This document shows positions 12,600 through 27,266 of a stretch of 64,000 bases of DNA, piece after piece (the first letter of the stretch is position 1; each line of letters starts with the position of its first letter). The stretch is from the human T2T-CHM13v2.0 reference genome, Homo sapiens. The DNA lies in NCBI RefSeq assembly GCF_009914755.1, contig NC_060936.1; one strand, written 5' to 3'. A program made the translations under genes and the position numbers. A model generated the notes under the pieces. That model did not search any database and was not told where the DNA came from. It saw only the letters and a list, made by a program, of their open reading frames with translations.

Positions 12600-14110
12600 G
12601 TTAACATTTATATTCTGTTCTAAAATTATGATAAAATAAATTTTAACAAAGAAAAATAAAATTAAACACAAAATTTAGGAATAAGTTGATTAATTTAAGG
12701 AAAAAATAGAATTGTTTACTGTAAAGAGCTAATTCTTGGAAGCAATAACAATAAAATTAAAAGCAATTATCAATATTATCAAGAATAAGTGAAACAAGCA
12801 TAATAATAAATAATACATCAAGAAAATTATAAATTATAAGGGGTATAGCATACAGAATTTCATGCTAACAAATTTGAAAAGAAAAAGGATTTTCTTTTCC
12901 GAAGAAGAATTAGGAAACTTTAAAATGCAAAAATAATAAAGATATAAGGAAAAACTAAGAAAAAAAGTGAGAAGCAAAAATACACTATTAAGGTTTACAA
13001 AGAGACCTAAAAAAGAGCTAGAAAATGGAAAGATATATCATGAGCAATCGCAAAACAATTAAATAAATCTATGTTTAAATACTATCTTAATCAATGACAA
13101 GATAACAAAAACTATTTCTGAAGTTAATTAAAAGTATAAACTAAGGATGCTAAGGAAAATAGAGCTATGAAATTTTTAAAAATAAAAGTAATGAGAAAAG
13201 ATTCATTAACAGAAGTTAAAATATATTACAAAGAGAATTCATAAAAAATTCATAAACAGATCCATGTATATATTTTAACTTGGTTTGTGATGAAGACAGC
13301 ATTGCAAAGTGAAATGAAATAAATAATATTTGAGCAACTGGATTTACACATTGAAGAAAAATAGAATATTAGTATGTAAATTCCATGCTAATTAGTATTA
13401 CAAAAGTAGTAAAACGTAAGTTAATATTAATGGTGGGATTTTCTAATTAAAACACAAAAGCCAAAAGAAAAAACTGACAAATTTTATTTCATACAGACTA
13501 ATAGCCTTCCTAAAACAAAATACAGCATAATTAAAGTTAAAATATTCAGCAAAGTTCTGGGGAACAATTTGCAACATATATAACAGACAAAGATTACTAT
13601 CCAGTATACGTTTACAGAGTTCTTAAAAGTCAATATAAAAAACAACTCAATAGAAATAAGGAACAAGATATAAACAGGCAATTCACAAAGAAAAATCACA
13701 AATGCCTAATAAATATTTATAAGGGTGCTCAACCTGACTTAATAATAAAAATACAAATTAAAAGGAATTACTTTTTATAATATTGGCAAGAATTATAAAC
13801 AGTAATAATATCAAGCCTTGGCAAGTTTACAAAGAATACTAATTTCATATGCTCCTACTGTGAGTATAAATTGGAGAAACCATTCTGAAATACAAGTTGA
13901 CAGTCTATCAAAATAAAACTGTGCATCTCTGATGACTCAGCAGTTATACTTCTAAGAAACAATTATAAAGAAATATTCCCAGCTGAGCACCAAATTGTAC
14001 ATTGTAAAATGATTTCTTTTTTGTGGAGGTAAAAATTGGAAACCTAAATGCCTATCAATAAATTATTTTTATATTGTGTTACACAACTATTTTTTAAAAT
14101 GAGATAAGCT
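12600..14110 (+). mobile_element. Highly decayed L1ME ORF2/3' fragments
   Basis: A-rich, with L1 ORF2 C-terminal remnants (aacaggcaattcacaaagaaaaatcacaaatgcctaataaa; gtgagtataaattggagaaaccattctgaa). Confidence 0.55.
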
Positions 14111-14771
14111 TTTATGTGCTTGTACAAATCTTAACCCTAACTCTATAAATGGAAATTAAGAGATACAGAGACTTTTTAAAAAGATTTTATAGCTGATATG
14201 CACATGCGATGTCCTTACACTAATAAGCATGATAATCCACACCAACGAATGGGATAGAGGATGGCATGAAGACCAGAGATTGTTGTATCCATTCTTTGGT
14301 CATAAAAAAAAATAGTGTTTTGAATTTATTAAGGGATGAAAGGCTGACTTTTTGGATAAATTTAAATTGTTCCTTTAAGAAAAGGGCAGCAACAAACATT
14401 CACTTCAGCCTCGGCATGTATCTGGAATTTTGTTTTTGCAAAAATCTCAGCTGCATTTGGCAAAATTTCATGTTCTTTAAATAAGAAGATTAGTTAAAAC
14501 AAAACAAAACAAAAAAGAGATGCAGAGACTAAAGGTAGAAGTATCCATTTCTAGCTGATAGAAATCCTAGAAAGTGAAAAATAAATAAGAAAATGAGGGG
14601 AGGAAATAACTGAAGACATAACAGTCATAATTTTTTGTAACTAAAGAAAGATACATGCTCTCAGTTGAGAAGCCTCATGAAGTACACAGCAGAGCAGAAA
14701 AGACAAAATAATGGATATTTATATTTGTAAATCTAAAACACAGAACGCCATCGGAAGTTCTCAAAGTTTCT

Positions 14772-16054
<1,283 letters not shown>

Positions 16055-16464
16055 AAGTTCTCAAAGTTTCTAGAATGAAAAAGTAAAGCCTTAAATTTAA
16101 ATCATTGGCCTGAGGTTTCCAAACCTCAACATTAGATGTAAAAAAAACAAAAGACTAATATAGCATCTAGTAGATAAAGGGTGAATTCTTTTGTAAATAA
16201 TATCAATAATTGGTTTGCTATATGGAATACACAATAAAATTATAATCAAATTTCACAAAAATAAGCTTCAAGAATTGAACATATCTTGTGAAAACCAAAA
16301 CAACCAAATTAGTAGAAAATATATTCTATCTCTTATTCCATAGAGAATATTTTTAAATAAGAACAAAATGCATTTATGATGTAAGAGAAAACCATGTATA
16401 ACAGTACTATATGGAAAGTAAAGTTTTCTTCAAATATGGTCCCTTATTTAAAGTTAATAATACA

Positions 16465-16757
16465 GGCCGGGAGCAGTGGTTCATGCCTGTAATCCCAGCA
16501 CTTTTGGAGGCCAAAGTTGGTGGATCACTTGAGGCCAGGAGTTTAAGACCAGCCCGGGAAACATGGCAAAACCTCAACTCTACAAAAAATTACAAAAACT
16601 GGTTGGTTGTGGTGGCATGCATCTGTATTCTCAGCTACTTGGGAGGCTGAGGCACAAGGATTGCTTGAGCCCGGGAGCCGGAGGTTACAGAGAGCTGAGA
16701 TCACACCGCCGCACTCCAACCTGCTCAAGAGAGCGAGACCCTGTTTCAAAATAAAAT
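16465..16757 (+). mobile_element. AluJ-like
   Basis: Dimer with J-type ggatcacttgaggccaggagtt and ggattgcttgagccc. Confidence 0.9.
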
Positions 16758-16769
16758 GAAGTTAGTAGT

Positions 16770-17550
16770 AGAAAAGGTAGTTGCAATATCCAAAACTGAC
16801 ATAGGATTAAGATCTAGAATATAGCAGGAAGAAGGAGACCACATGGCCTAATGGATGAGGCATCAGACTTTGGATCACAAGATATAATATATGAGGAATT
16901 CTTACAAATTATGAAGAAATATGAAAACCAGAAAGAGAAATAGGGAAAGGATATGAATGGGCCATCTGTAGAAGCAAACACTATAAATTATAAATAAAAA
17001 GGTCAGCCACGGTAGTAATCAAAGAAGTGCAAATAAAAATCACAATGAGATACATTGCATGTACTTCATGTTTGCAAAAACTCTAATAGTATCAAGTGTT
17101 GGTGCAGATGCCAAGAAATGGAAATCCTCAGGCACTACCATTGGATGAAATCAGTGGCATTTGTTTTGGAAATAAAATCTATTATTTAATGAAATAAGGA
17201 TATGTATATATCCACAATCCAAAAAATTCTGGAGAAGGCTTTGCTCAGGTACACAAACAGACATCTATAAAAATATTCACTGAAGTCCAGTAGGAGTAAA
17301 AAGTTGGAAACAATGTAGATGGAAGCCAATAGAAGACTAGAAAGTGGGCACTAAAAGGATAAGTCCAATATATTTATCAAAAAAAAATTCTAGTTTTATA
17401 TGGAAAAAGTAAGAAAAGTAAGAAATATAATACATCTTAGGTAATTATATATGAAATTTATGCTATTTATATCTACATTTATAAGAATATATATACATTA
17501 TAAGAAACAATGCCATATATTAATACATGAACACACACATAAATAAAGAA
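16770..17550 (+). mobile_element. L1ME ORF2 end/3'UTR fragments
   Basis: aagaagtgcaaataaaaatcacaatgagatac; tatcaagtgttggtgcagatg motifs. Confidence 0.55.
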
Positions 17551-18440
17551 ACTTAAGTGGATTGGCAGAATGTAAGCACAAAAGAGAAGGAAAGTATAAG
17601 GGAATGGAATCATGCTGGGAGCTGAAAGGCATGAAAGCAAATAAAATGTGTGTCATACATTGTTTGATAATATACTAAGGAATATACCTCAATTTAGTTG
17701 GGTTCCCCTGAAATCCTCCTTTTCAAATGATCACTTTCGGTGTGGGCAAGGGCATGAGTAAAATAAGCACTTATATATACTGGTGTTAGGTAACACTTTA
17801 CCAGGACATAAACTCCAAACTTTAACATTTTACTTCCGTTTTTTGAAATGTAAGACAAACTAGTCAATTCCCAAGCCTATAATAATGTATAGGAGCAGAC
17901 CTCATCACTTGGACTTAGAGGAGACTTTAAAAAATGTTGGCCTTACTCTTTATCAAGTTTCTAAGCTCTTCATTCAACAGATGTCTACTGAACTTCAGTT
18001 GCATATCACAAACTCTCTGAGAATGTATCCCTATCCTTTACTTATTTCCTTTCAATATCTCTGATTGCTCCATTTTATTTTTCAGAATTTTACCCCTAAA
18101 TTTGAAAATCTCCAAACTCAATCTTTTTTTGTGGTAAAATACTCTTCAGATTAATTCTCCATTCTCGTAGATATTCTATATTTTCAAATTCCATATCCAA
18201 ATTTATGTTTCTTTAATCTGGATAGTTATGCTTTCATATTATTCTACTACCTCAAACTCAACATAAATCAGTTGAATCTCATTACCTTCTCCCTCCAAAT
18301 AGCTCCCATTGCTAATTCCCATTTGCTTCTGTGGATACATTGTCATCCCAACTGACCTCTTAAGATCTTTTTTTAATTGCATATTTGTTTTACTTTTTTC
18401 TTTCCTTTATCAATCACATCAATTCCCATTAATTCACAAC

Positions 18441-18931
18441 TGTATTAGTTTCCTATTGCTGTTATTAACAAATTAACACAAATTTAGTGGCTTAAACTAA
18501 CACAAGTTTATTATCCTGCAGTTCTGGAGAACAGAAGTATGAAATAGGTCTTACCAGACTAAAAGCAAGATGTCAACAGGGCTACATCCCCTTCTGAAGG
18601 TTCTAGGGAAAAATTCATTTTCTTGCCTTTTCCAGATTCTAGATGCTGCCCACATTTGTTGGCCCCTGGCCCCCTCCCAGCTTCAAAACCTGCAATGACT
18701 GGTTGAGTCTTCTTATGCTGCCATCTCTCTGACTATTCTTTTTCTATTTAAGAACCCTTGTGGTTATATTGATCTCACCTGGCTAATCCAAAAAAAGTTC
18801 CCGGACTAATTGATGAGCAACATTAATTCTATCTTCAGCCTTAATTCTCCCTTGCTATGTAACATAACATATTCATATGATATTAGTTTAGGGTTTGAAT
18901 ATCTTTGAGGAGCCACTATTCTACCTATCAC
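18441..18931 (-). mobile_element. MLT1C/D-type MaLR LTR
   Basis: tgtattagtttcctattgctg...aaatttagtggcttaaa start; ccactattctacctatcaca end. Confidence 0.8.
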
Positions 18932-21184
18932 AATATCCAGTTCGTTTCAATTCATATATCCCCCATGTCTTATTTACTGTTTTTCTTTCTTCACAATTTA
19001 AAACGAATTCTCTGCAAAAGCCTTTGCCCCCCAGGCACATCTAGGGTCCCCACCAGATATCTTGCATGTACTCAGAACAAGTCATGTTTTTTAACCTGTG
19101 CTAATATCCCTCTTTTCTTTTTCAGGCTTTTCACTTGAGTGCTGTACATGTGTGTCCTTCAGGTACTGATGAAGCCTCTACAGAGCTCTCTTCTCAGCCT
19201 TGCTCTGCCATTTCTGCTGCTACTGCAGCAGTGACACTGGAATCCCTGAAGCATCAAATCTTGAATTGGAGGAAAGTACTTCTTTCCATATTTTGTAATA
19301 TGTCCTACTAAAGGATAGCAAAGCAGAGTTGTTTGCTCCCATCTTAGAAACTTTTAAATAAAATTTAGGTATTACTTTTAAACATAGGTCCACAGAGAAG
19401 ACAAATCTAAGTGGCAAAAATAATGTGTATTCAGCGTCACTATTCCCCAAGGATGACAAATGTATGTTTTTTGCTGTAATATCTCCCAGTTGACTCCATC
19501 TTCTCTTCTATTGAATTTTCAACCAGAGAGCTTCTTAGTTCCTTATTCAAATACAGTTTTGGTAGACCTAACCAGTATTATATGTGCCTGATCTATCTAA
19601 ATCTAATCAAGTTTGGTTTAAATGAAATCAAGTGTACTCACAGCCTCTCATACCTATTCCATTTTTACTTTTGTACAACCACAAAATTAGCCCAGAGTGG
19701 GGGAGTTCACTTGATAATTTGCTAAGTGCAATTGCCACCACCAGTACTCTATGATCCAGCCCCTCCCTACCCAACATGACATCATCGATTAAAATTCCTA
19801 AATCAATGCTATTTTTTACTTAAGAATGTATAGTATTTTTCTTTGACTCTTCAGATAAAGACCCTCAATCAATCTACCGCTCAAATATCTTCCTAATATT
19901 TACTGTAATACGGTTTCCATTGTTCTTTAATTTTAGCTCTTACCTTTCTTCATCTCAGCCCTATATCACGAATATTCTTCCTTTTCAAATGGTCACATTA
20001 TTTCTAAGTATCCACCACAATCTCTACCTTCTCTCAGAACAGTTGTGAAATTTTAAGTTGTATTTTTGAAAATTTGGTAAATCATTTGATGCTTAAATAA
20101 TTGAATAAGGTCAGGCTGTGTTTAATAAATGTCAGCTGTGCTTTATGGTACGTAGGTAAAACACAATATGGCTTAAAGGTAAAAATCAAACAATTCACCC
20201 TAAGGTTAGCGTTACAATTTTTATTATCCCCTTAGGTTAGCAAACCACTGATAACAAACCCAGGTGTTACTTTGTCCTTTCTTGTTAGACTTAAACTCAG
20301 TAATTCCAGATTAAGTCTCATCCTGATATCGTCAAAAACCCAATTTGGCAATTCAATTATACTGCCTGCCTTTTTAGAAAAATTTCCCTTTGTCGATGGC
20401 ATCACACTTCCAATCTCTTTTTCAATGGTTGCCTTCATCCTCCTACATGTGACTGCAACTCCTTCAAGCTACATCAAAAATACAGTTCTTTAATTTTCAG
20501 AATTTCTCCCAAAAGTTTTCCTTTATTTCATCCTTATTGCCTTGCTGAGTCAAATTACTGCTATATGTTCATTAATAAATCATGAAATAAGTTTATCTAA
20601 AGATAATGTGAACACTTTTTCATCAACAGGAAGAACAGGGACTATAATTCAATATCTAATAACTTCCTTGGAGAAAGAAGCATTTCTTCTCAAAGCTTTC
20701 CAGATGAAAAATGAGACATAATTTAAAAATTACAGAATTACTTTGGCAACAGAGAAAAAGAGCTTTAAGGGTTCTGAGCTGTCTACTCTGACGCAAGATT
20801 TTTAGAGCTCTCTCTTGAGAAAGAAACAGCACTTATATGGGGAGGGAGGGAACAGAGTGTTGCTGTAATTGTTGATAAAAGTAAATAATTCCAACGAAAG
20901 AACCAGGATTTAAGACATGGTGAGAAGACCAAAAGATGCGATATTTGGAGACCTAAAGTTAAGTTTGCCAATTCACTTGGTGTTATTCAGCAGTTTACAT
21001 GCATTTAACTGTCCTAATGAGGTTGAAGAGGTAGACATCATACAAACCAAATATCCTGTTTGGGGGGTCTCCATACCTGATCTGGCAAGATAGAGTTACT
21101 GAGCTGAAAGAAGTCATCTTATCACCATTTAAATTAATTATAAGACATGGAGGGTTATAAGGAAGGGACTTAAACTAATGATTC

Positions 21185-21526
21185 GGCTGGGCACAGTGGC
21201 TCATGCCTGTAATCCCAGCACTTTGGGAGGCCGAGGCAGGCGGATCACGAGGTCAGGAGTGGGAGGCCGAGGCAGGCAGATCACGAGGTCAGGAGTTCGA
21301 GACCAGTCTGGCCAACATAGTGAAACCCCATGTCTACTAAAAATACAAAAAAATTAGCCAGGCATGGAGACACGCCCCTGTAATCCCAGCTACTTGGGAG
21401 GCAGAGGCAAGGAGAATTGTTTGAACCTGGGAGGCGGAGGTTGCAGTGATCTGAGATCACGCCACTGCACTCCAGCCAGGACGACAGTGTGAGACTCTGT
21501 CTCAAAAAAATAAAAATAAAAAAAAA
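21185..21526 (+). mobile_element. AluSg-like with internal 36-bp tandem duplication
   Basis: gatcacgaggtcaggagttcgagacc diagnostic; duplicated block 21225-21260 / 21261-21296. Confidence 0.92.
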
Positions 21527-22279
21527 TGACTCATCATGACATCTAACCCTATTACAAAAGCCCTGTATATATCAGAAATCTTGATACCCACTGACAATTC
21601 TTCACATATAGTCCTCATCACCTCCCTGTTACAGACAAGGTAAAGCACTTCCTGCACAAAAATGACTTGTGCAAAATTTAAAATAGAATATATCTGAGGG
21701 CAGTCACCTGTGAACAACTCACATTTCTACTTTCCTTAGTCACTGAAAATTTTCAACACCCCACACTCTCTTTTCTTTTTCTGGGCACATGTACCACTAC
21801 TGCTTTAGACTTCTCATGGTGGCCCTTCTCTCTATGAACAACACAAACCCCCTGCCGTGTCCACTGCCACGCAGGACCCTTTTCTGTTCATTATAAATTG
21901 TCTTAAGTACTAACCTTTCCCTCAGGACTTCATCTCTTTGCCTTATTATCTCTACTCTGAAAGTCCAGAGGACCAGAAGGTGGTCCCATAAAAACTCACA
22001 GTTGAGAATTTTTAAACATACAACACTCTAAAATATTTTCTGTGGCCTTGATTGATCTGATCCAGACTAGTTTGGAATCTGCAAAACCAGAATTGAACTG
22101 GGCACCAAAATTGAATCCTCTTGCTTTCTTTGGATTGTTCTTTGTGCAATAAAGAGATCACAACTGCAGTTTCCATGCTCCATAGAAGTCCTGAAATACA
22201 ATAGGCTTCATTCTAAAGTTTTTTCTGTACCACCATTTCTAACATTACTAAACTTTGCTCCATTAATATAGAGACTGAC

Positions 22280-22695
22280 TATATTAATCCATTTGCATTA
22301 CTGTTAATATAAAGAAATACCTGAGACTGGGTAATTTGTAAAGAAAAGAGGTTTATTTGGGCATATGATTGTGCAGGCTGTACAGGAAGCATGATGTTGG
22401 CATCTGCATGAGGTGAGACCTCAGGAAGCTTACAATCATGGTGGAAGGTGAGGGGGAGTCAGCATGTCACATGGTGAGAGAGAAAGAGAGCAAGGCAAAA
22501 GGTCCCAGGCTTTTAAACAACCAGATCTGTGAACTAACTGAGCAAGAACTCGCTTATCACTAAGGGCATGGTACTAAATCATTCATGAAGGATCCATTTC
22601 CATGATTGAATCACCTCCCACCAGGCCCTACCTATAACATTGGGAATCACATCTCAGTGTGAGATTTGGAGGGGACAATCATCCAAACCATATTA
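22280..22695 (-). mobile_element. MSTA/MSTB MaLR solo LTR
   Basis: Reverse MST sequence; 5-bp TSD ctgac at 22275-22279 and 22696-22700. Confidence 0.88.
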
Positions 22696-23559
22696 CTGAC
22701 TAAAAGCCACCACTACTTACAAACCACTGTTACTTACAAACCACCATTTAGTGGTTTGGACCATGATCAGCAGGTCATAATAGAGGAATGGCACAACTAC
22801 TCTCTGCCATTAATTAGAAGAGACATAAACCAGGAAAACTGCCCATATTTGGAGTTGATAAACACTGAAATTGTTATGGTGCTACTTCTCTTACCCAATA
22901 TGGATTTCAAAATAGGTATATAATTAAATGGTGAAATAAATTTAATAAAATTTCAATGAGATTTTAATTTTTCTTAAAGAGTCACTTTAATAAATACATA
23001 AATTTTAAAATTTTTGATATTTTGAAATTTTTTTAATTTTTAAAATTTGATATTTTATTAAGAACCTTGGCATGGAACGTGTTTGGTCTACTTACTGAAT
23101 TATGCTTCAGTACCCCAATTATAGTACCCACAAGTGGTCTTAAACTAAAGCATGGAGCATGTCCAAAGTGCTAGTAGCAAAACTTTACTACATTCTATTG
23201 ACTGCTGGCTCCTCCAATTTCAACATCTTGTTATAATTACCCAGTACCATGTGAGAATGTCATTTGGTTAAAATATATTTGGTGCTAAATGATTCCATAT
23301 ATTTATTTAAATATGTAATTTTTCTCTTATAGACATGGATACATAATAAGTAGTCCTTTAAAGAACATATGGAGAAGGTAAATTTCTATCAAAGAAAAAC
23401 AAAAGGAAGTAAAGTTAATACTAATAAATCTTGGATTTATTAGATAAAGATATGAGACTAACAAAGTGATATTATACTAATAAAATAAGTAAAATACAAA
23501 AGTTACATACAGGTGGTTTAAGAAACCTTAAAATATTTGACATTTACATTTTTATTAAC

Positions 23560-23838
23560 TTTTTTTTGAGACAGGATTTTGCCTATAACCTGGCTAGAGT
23601 GAATTACAGCTCACTGCAGCTTCGACCTCTGGGGCTCAAGCAGTCCTCCTAACTCAGCTTCCTAAGTAACTGGGACTACAGGTGTACACCACCATGCTTG
23701 GCTAATTGTATTTATTTTTTGTAGAGATAGGGTCTCACTATATTGCCCAGGCTGGTCTCAAACTCCTGAGCTCAAGCCATGCTCCCACTTTGGGCTTCCA
23801 AAGTGTTGGGATTACACACATGAACCACCAAGCCCATC
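23560..23838 (-). mobile_element. AluJ-like
   Basis: Diverged dimer with gggctcaagcagtcctcc and tttgtagagatagggtctcactatattgcccagg. Confidence 0.88.
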
Positions 23839-24659
23839 CTATTAATTTTTATTATAGGTGAAAATCATATAGAACCAAAAAGCTATATCAAAAAGCCACG
23901 ATTTTCTGTACCACCTGTTTCTAACACTAGTCTCAATCCTCAGAGGCAGCTGCTTTCAACGACTTTCACTGTTTTTCTAGCATTTAGCTCAGTGTTTCTG
24001 GATAACATGTTTATACTCCAATGTCTCAACAATCAACCCATCACCTACTGAATACTTCTGGTTGTTGAGGGCTTATCTAAATCACCACCTTCCCCAATTT
24101 TTCCTCAGCTGCACATCCTCCTAATATAGTTATAAAAGAATCTTTAGTTAAATTAAAAGTGTTTACACTATAATTCCATGTAAAATTTGTTTACACTAAG
24201 CCAACTAGTCTATTAGAGCTGTATTTCTTTTAGCATATCACTCTTAGCATTTTCTTAATATAATAATCTGTGTCTTCCTTCTGTTATCATTCTATATTTT
24301 CATTGGTAATTTTTTCAAGAAACTAGAATAGATCTATTGCATGCTTTTTATTCATTCCGTTGTGTGTAGGCAGTGGCTCTTCAAACTGGGGTCATATCCA
24401 TCAATTATGAGAAATTTTATTTTATTATTTCTTTTATAATTCTGCATCTCTCCCACCCCATTTCTTCTATTTCCTTTTCCTATAACAGGATTGGAATTAA
24501 TCCCAGGTTGGATTTCCTATATTAAACTTTATCTTTTTTGTTTTTATTTATAATCTTCCAAAAATTCCATTACATTACATTATTTTATTTAATCATCTAT
24601 TTTATGCTTTGTTCATATTTTTAAGTTACAGTCTGTTGCCACTTAAAAAAGAGAAATAT

Positions 24660-24997
24660 CCAATGTGAACCTTGGAAATGTTATGCTCCGTGAAAGAAGC
24701 CAGACACAGAAGGATATATTTTTAAAGCTAGACAAGTATTATATTCCATTTATATAAAATGTCCAGAATAGGCAAATCCATTAAGACAAAAAGTAGATTC
24801 ATGGTTGCCCCAAAATTGGGGTGAGGGATTGGGGCTGACTGCTAGTGGATATAGGGTTTCTTCTTGGAATGATATTGGAAATGTTCTGGAATTAGTGGTA
24901 AGGTTTGCACAACATAAAAAAATACTAAAAACCACTGAATTGTACACATTACAATGGTAAATTTTATTTTATTAATTATATCTTGATTTTTTAAAAG
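24660..24997 (+). mobile_element. L1MB-type 3' end
   Basis: gaaagaagccagacacag...aatgtccagaataggcaaatccat...aaaaccactgaattgtacac. Confidence 0.8.
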
Positions 24998-26257
24998 CAT
25001 AGAAACTCTCAAACTATATTGACTTAAAAATGGAAAATAACCAATGAATGTTGACTTACCAGTAAAAAAGCCATCAGTGTATAATTTGTGATACAGAAAT
25101 ATAATGATTAATGTCTATGTTTAATGACTAGACTATTGCATGCATGATGTTAAAAACTTGTATTTTAAGTTCATTGGTAAGATTCATATTTTATAAACAT
25201 TTTCTAAAGTTTTGTAAAAAGCACACATTTCTCTACATAAAAGTTCATGCATACAGTTTGAATGTCACCATTCTTATGACTCTACTATCATATTTAAGAA
25301 ATATGCTTAAACTATATTATAGCAAACATTTTTAAAAATTGTGTTTCATCTTAGCATCCATATACTAATATAATTAATTTTGAAATATTAATTTCAAAGC
25401 AAAGAAAATGCCATAATGCAAACTTGGTATTTAATGTGAGAAAATTAAATAAAATTAATCACTTAAACAATATTTATCATTTACAGAGTTATCTATTTCT
25501 GTTCAACTTCTCACATAGTTGTATACATGTGCATGGAAAACTAGTGGATTGTCAGGCAAGACACAGCCATTGGGAGCACAACAATCTAACAGCATTAGCC
25601 TGTCATTTGATTGTGCCCTAGCTGAAACCTCCATTAAAACATTACAGAATAAAACTCACAGAAATGTCAATACTATAACTCCTAAGTTTATAGGCCCTGA
25701 ACCAGAAAGAACACTGAGCATTAAATTAAAGGAGGGGGAATTCTTGGCATTCAATAGTATATTCTCTGTTCTGAGAAATGAGATGTAGGAGGTCAGCTAA
25801 GGGGATCAAAGATAAATCATTAAAAGGATTACTGCTTTCTCTAGTACCAAGGCATTTGCACACTCAGTCTGTTTAAATAAAGATGCCTGAAGATGTTATA
25901 CAAAACGTTTAAGATAAGCTACAGTATTCATTTGATAAATTCTCTTGATAAGTAATAAATTAAATGTATCAGCCCCTTTCCTATTCCCACAAGTAGCTAA
26001 AGATCATTTTTATTCAAAGAGAAAAACAAAGTGCTAATATTTAAATTATTTTCAGTTGTTTGAGAGTCCCTATCCTATTTGATGGCTTAGAATATAAAAA
26101 TAGACCAGATTTGGTCTGAATAATAATAGACGGTTGGTGTTCTAATCTATGATCTTTCTGCCTTCATGAGAACTGCATAAGAAAACTAACTACTTCCCCA
26201 TTCACTGCTTATAAACCATACACATCCTTTAAATTTTGACATAATACAATTAGATTT

Positions 26258-27266
26258 CTAAAATGGAAAGCACAGAGACTGTGTCACTTTCAAGTTCAAA
26301 AAGATGTACGTCTTTGATCTCTGCGATGAAAGCTGCTGAGACTTCATTCCCCACAACTCACATCTTCAGAGTCCTCACTTTCACTTTCATCAGGACAGTT
26401 ATCCTCCAATATTGTTGACAATTTAGGAACACCACAGTAGCTGTCTTGGAGGGTCTGGGCTCTGCATCTAGAAACAATGCAAAGCAATTTCTTCCAACAC
26501 ATAGAGAAAATATTCAGCTAGGCATTTAGAAACTAGTTCCCTCCACTAAAAGAATTCGGTGTCATTAATCTTTGAATGCCTTATAAGAAGCAGGACATTT
26601 TTCAATAATTCAGTAAATTACAACAGTTCTACTTCCAGATTAAGAAGACACAAAACTAATACAGATGGTTTTGCTTTTGAAAACATTAGCAAAAAATTGC
26701 AAGTTTTCAGCTGAGCTTCCGGTTTATAAGGCCCAATATTTCTTTCCTTTCTCAAATATAAAGAAATATGAGTCTTATAGAAGCAAAAGAAGTTTAAGGT
26801 ACAGTACGTTCCAATTCATAGTTCCAAATTTTTTTCTGAAATTATTTTTCCATCAGTTTTCTGTCAGAAGAAGCAGTGCGTTTACATTGACGAATCAAGA
26901 TTACTTCATGAGTAGATAAAACATGGCATTCTTTTTCAACTATTCTGGCAATCAGCATAAACAACAGACCCCAGTGAAAGATGAATTTTAGGTTTCAACT
27001 TCAGAAAAGCCAAGGATCTGTCCAAAATATTGGCAGCCACAATAAAAGTTTCTGGAGAAGATTCAAAAAAAGTTAGTTAAACCTCTTAGATCTTAATATT
27101 TTTTATATTTGATACAAAATGTTATCATTCTCAAGAGTCGCTCTATCAAGCTCATCTCTTAGTTCTCATAGTTGGATTTTCTATTCCTGTTTTAGGTAGA
27201 GTCTCAACAGTTCAGATAACTGGACCCATTCCAGACTGCTAAGACCTACAACCCCAAATTCTTCAC
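26258..27266 (-). pseudogene. CCNG2P1: Processed pseudogene of cyclin G2 (CDS-homologous part)
   Basis: Minus strand gives (GTG)KNLG at the start (CCNG2 MKDLG) and KKLLCIVSRCRAQTLQDSYCGVPKLSTILEDNCPDESESEDSEDVSCGE*SLSS...LCFPF* near the end (CCNG2 KKLVWIVSRRTAQNLHNSYYSVPELPTIPEGGCFDESESEDSCEDMSCGEESLSS...LCFPS*). Intronless ~1.0 kb with stops and frameshifts. The symbol is from recollection of a CCNG2 pseudogene near CAPS2. Confidence 0.92.

Noticed and set aside
20272-20493. Plus-strand peptide SIILPAF...LPISF with RT domain-1-like spacing
   Set aside because: Key residues (K, NYR) absent and it conflicts with the better minus-strand APE-like reading; probably chance.
22221-23931. Two similar ~28-mers ttttctgtaccacc(a/tg)tttctaaca at 22221 and 23902
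   Set aside because: Too short, no flanking extension or element between them; cannot exclude chance.
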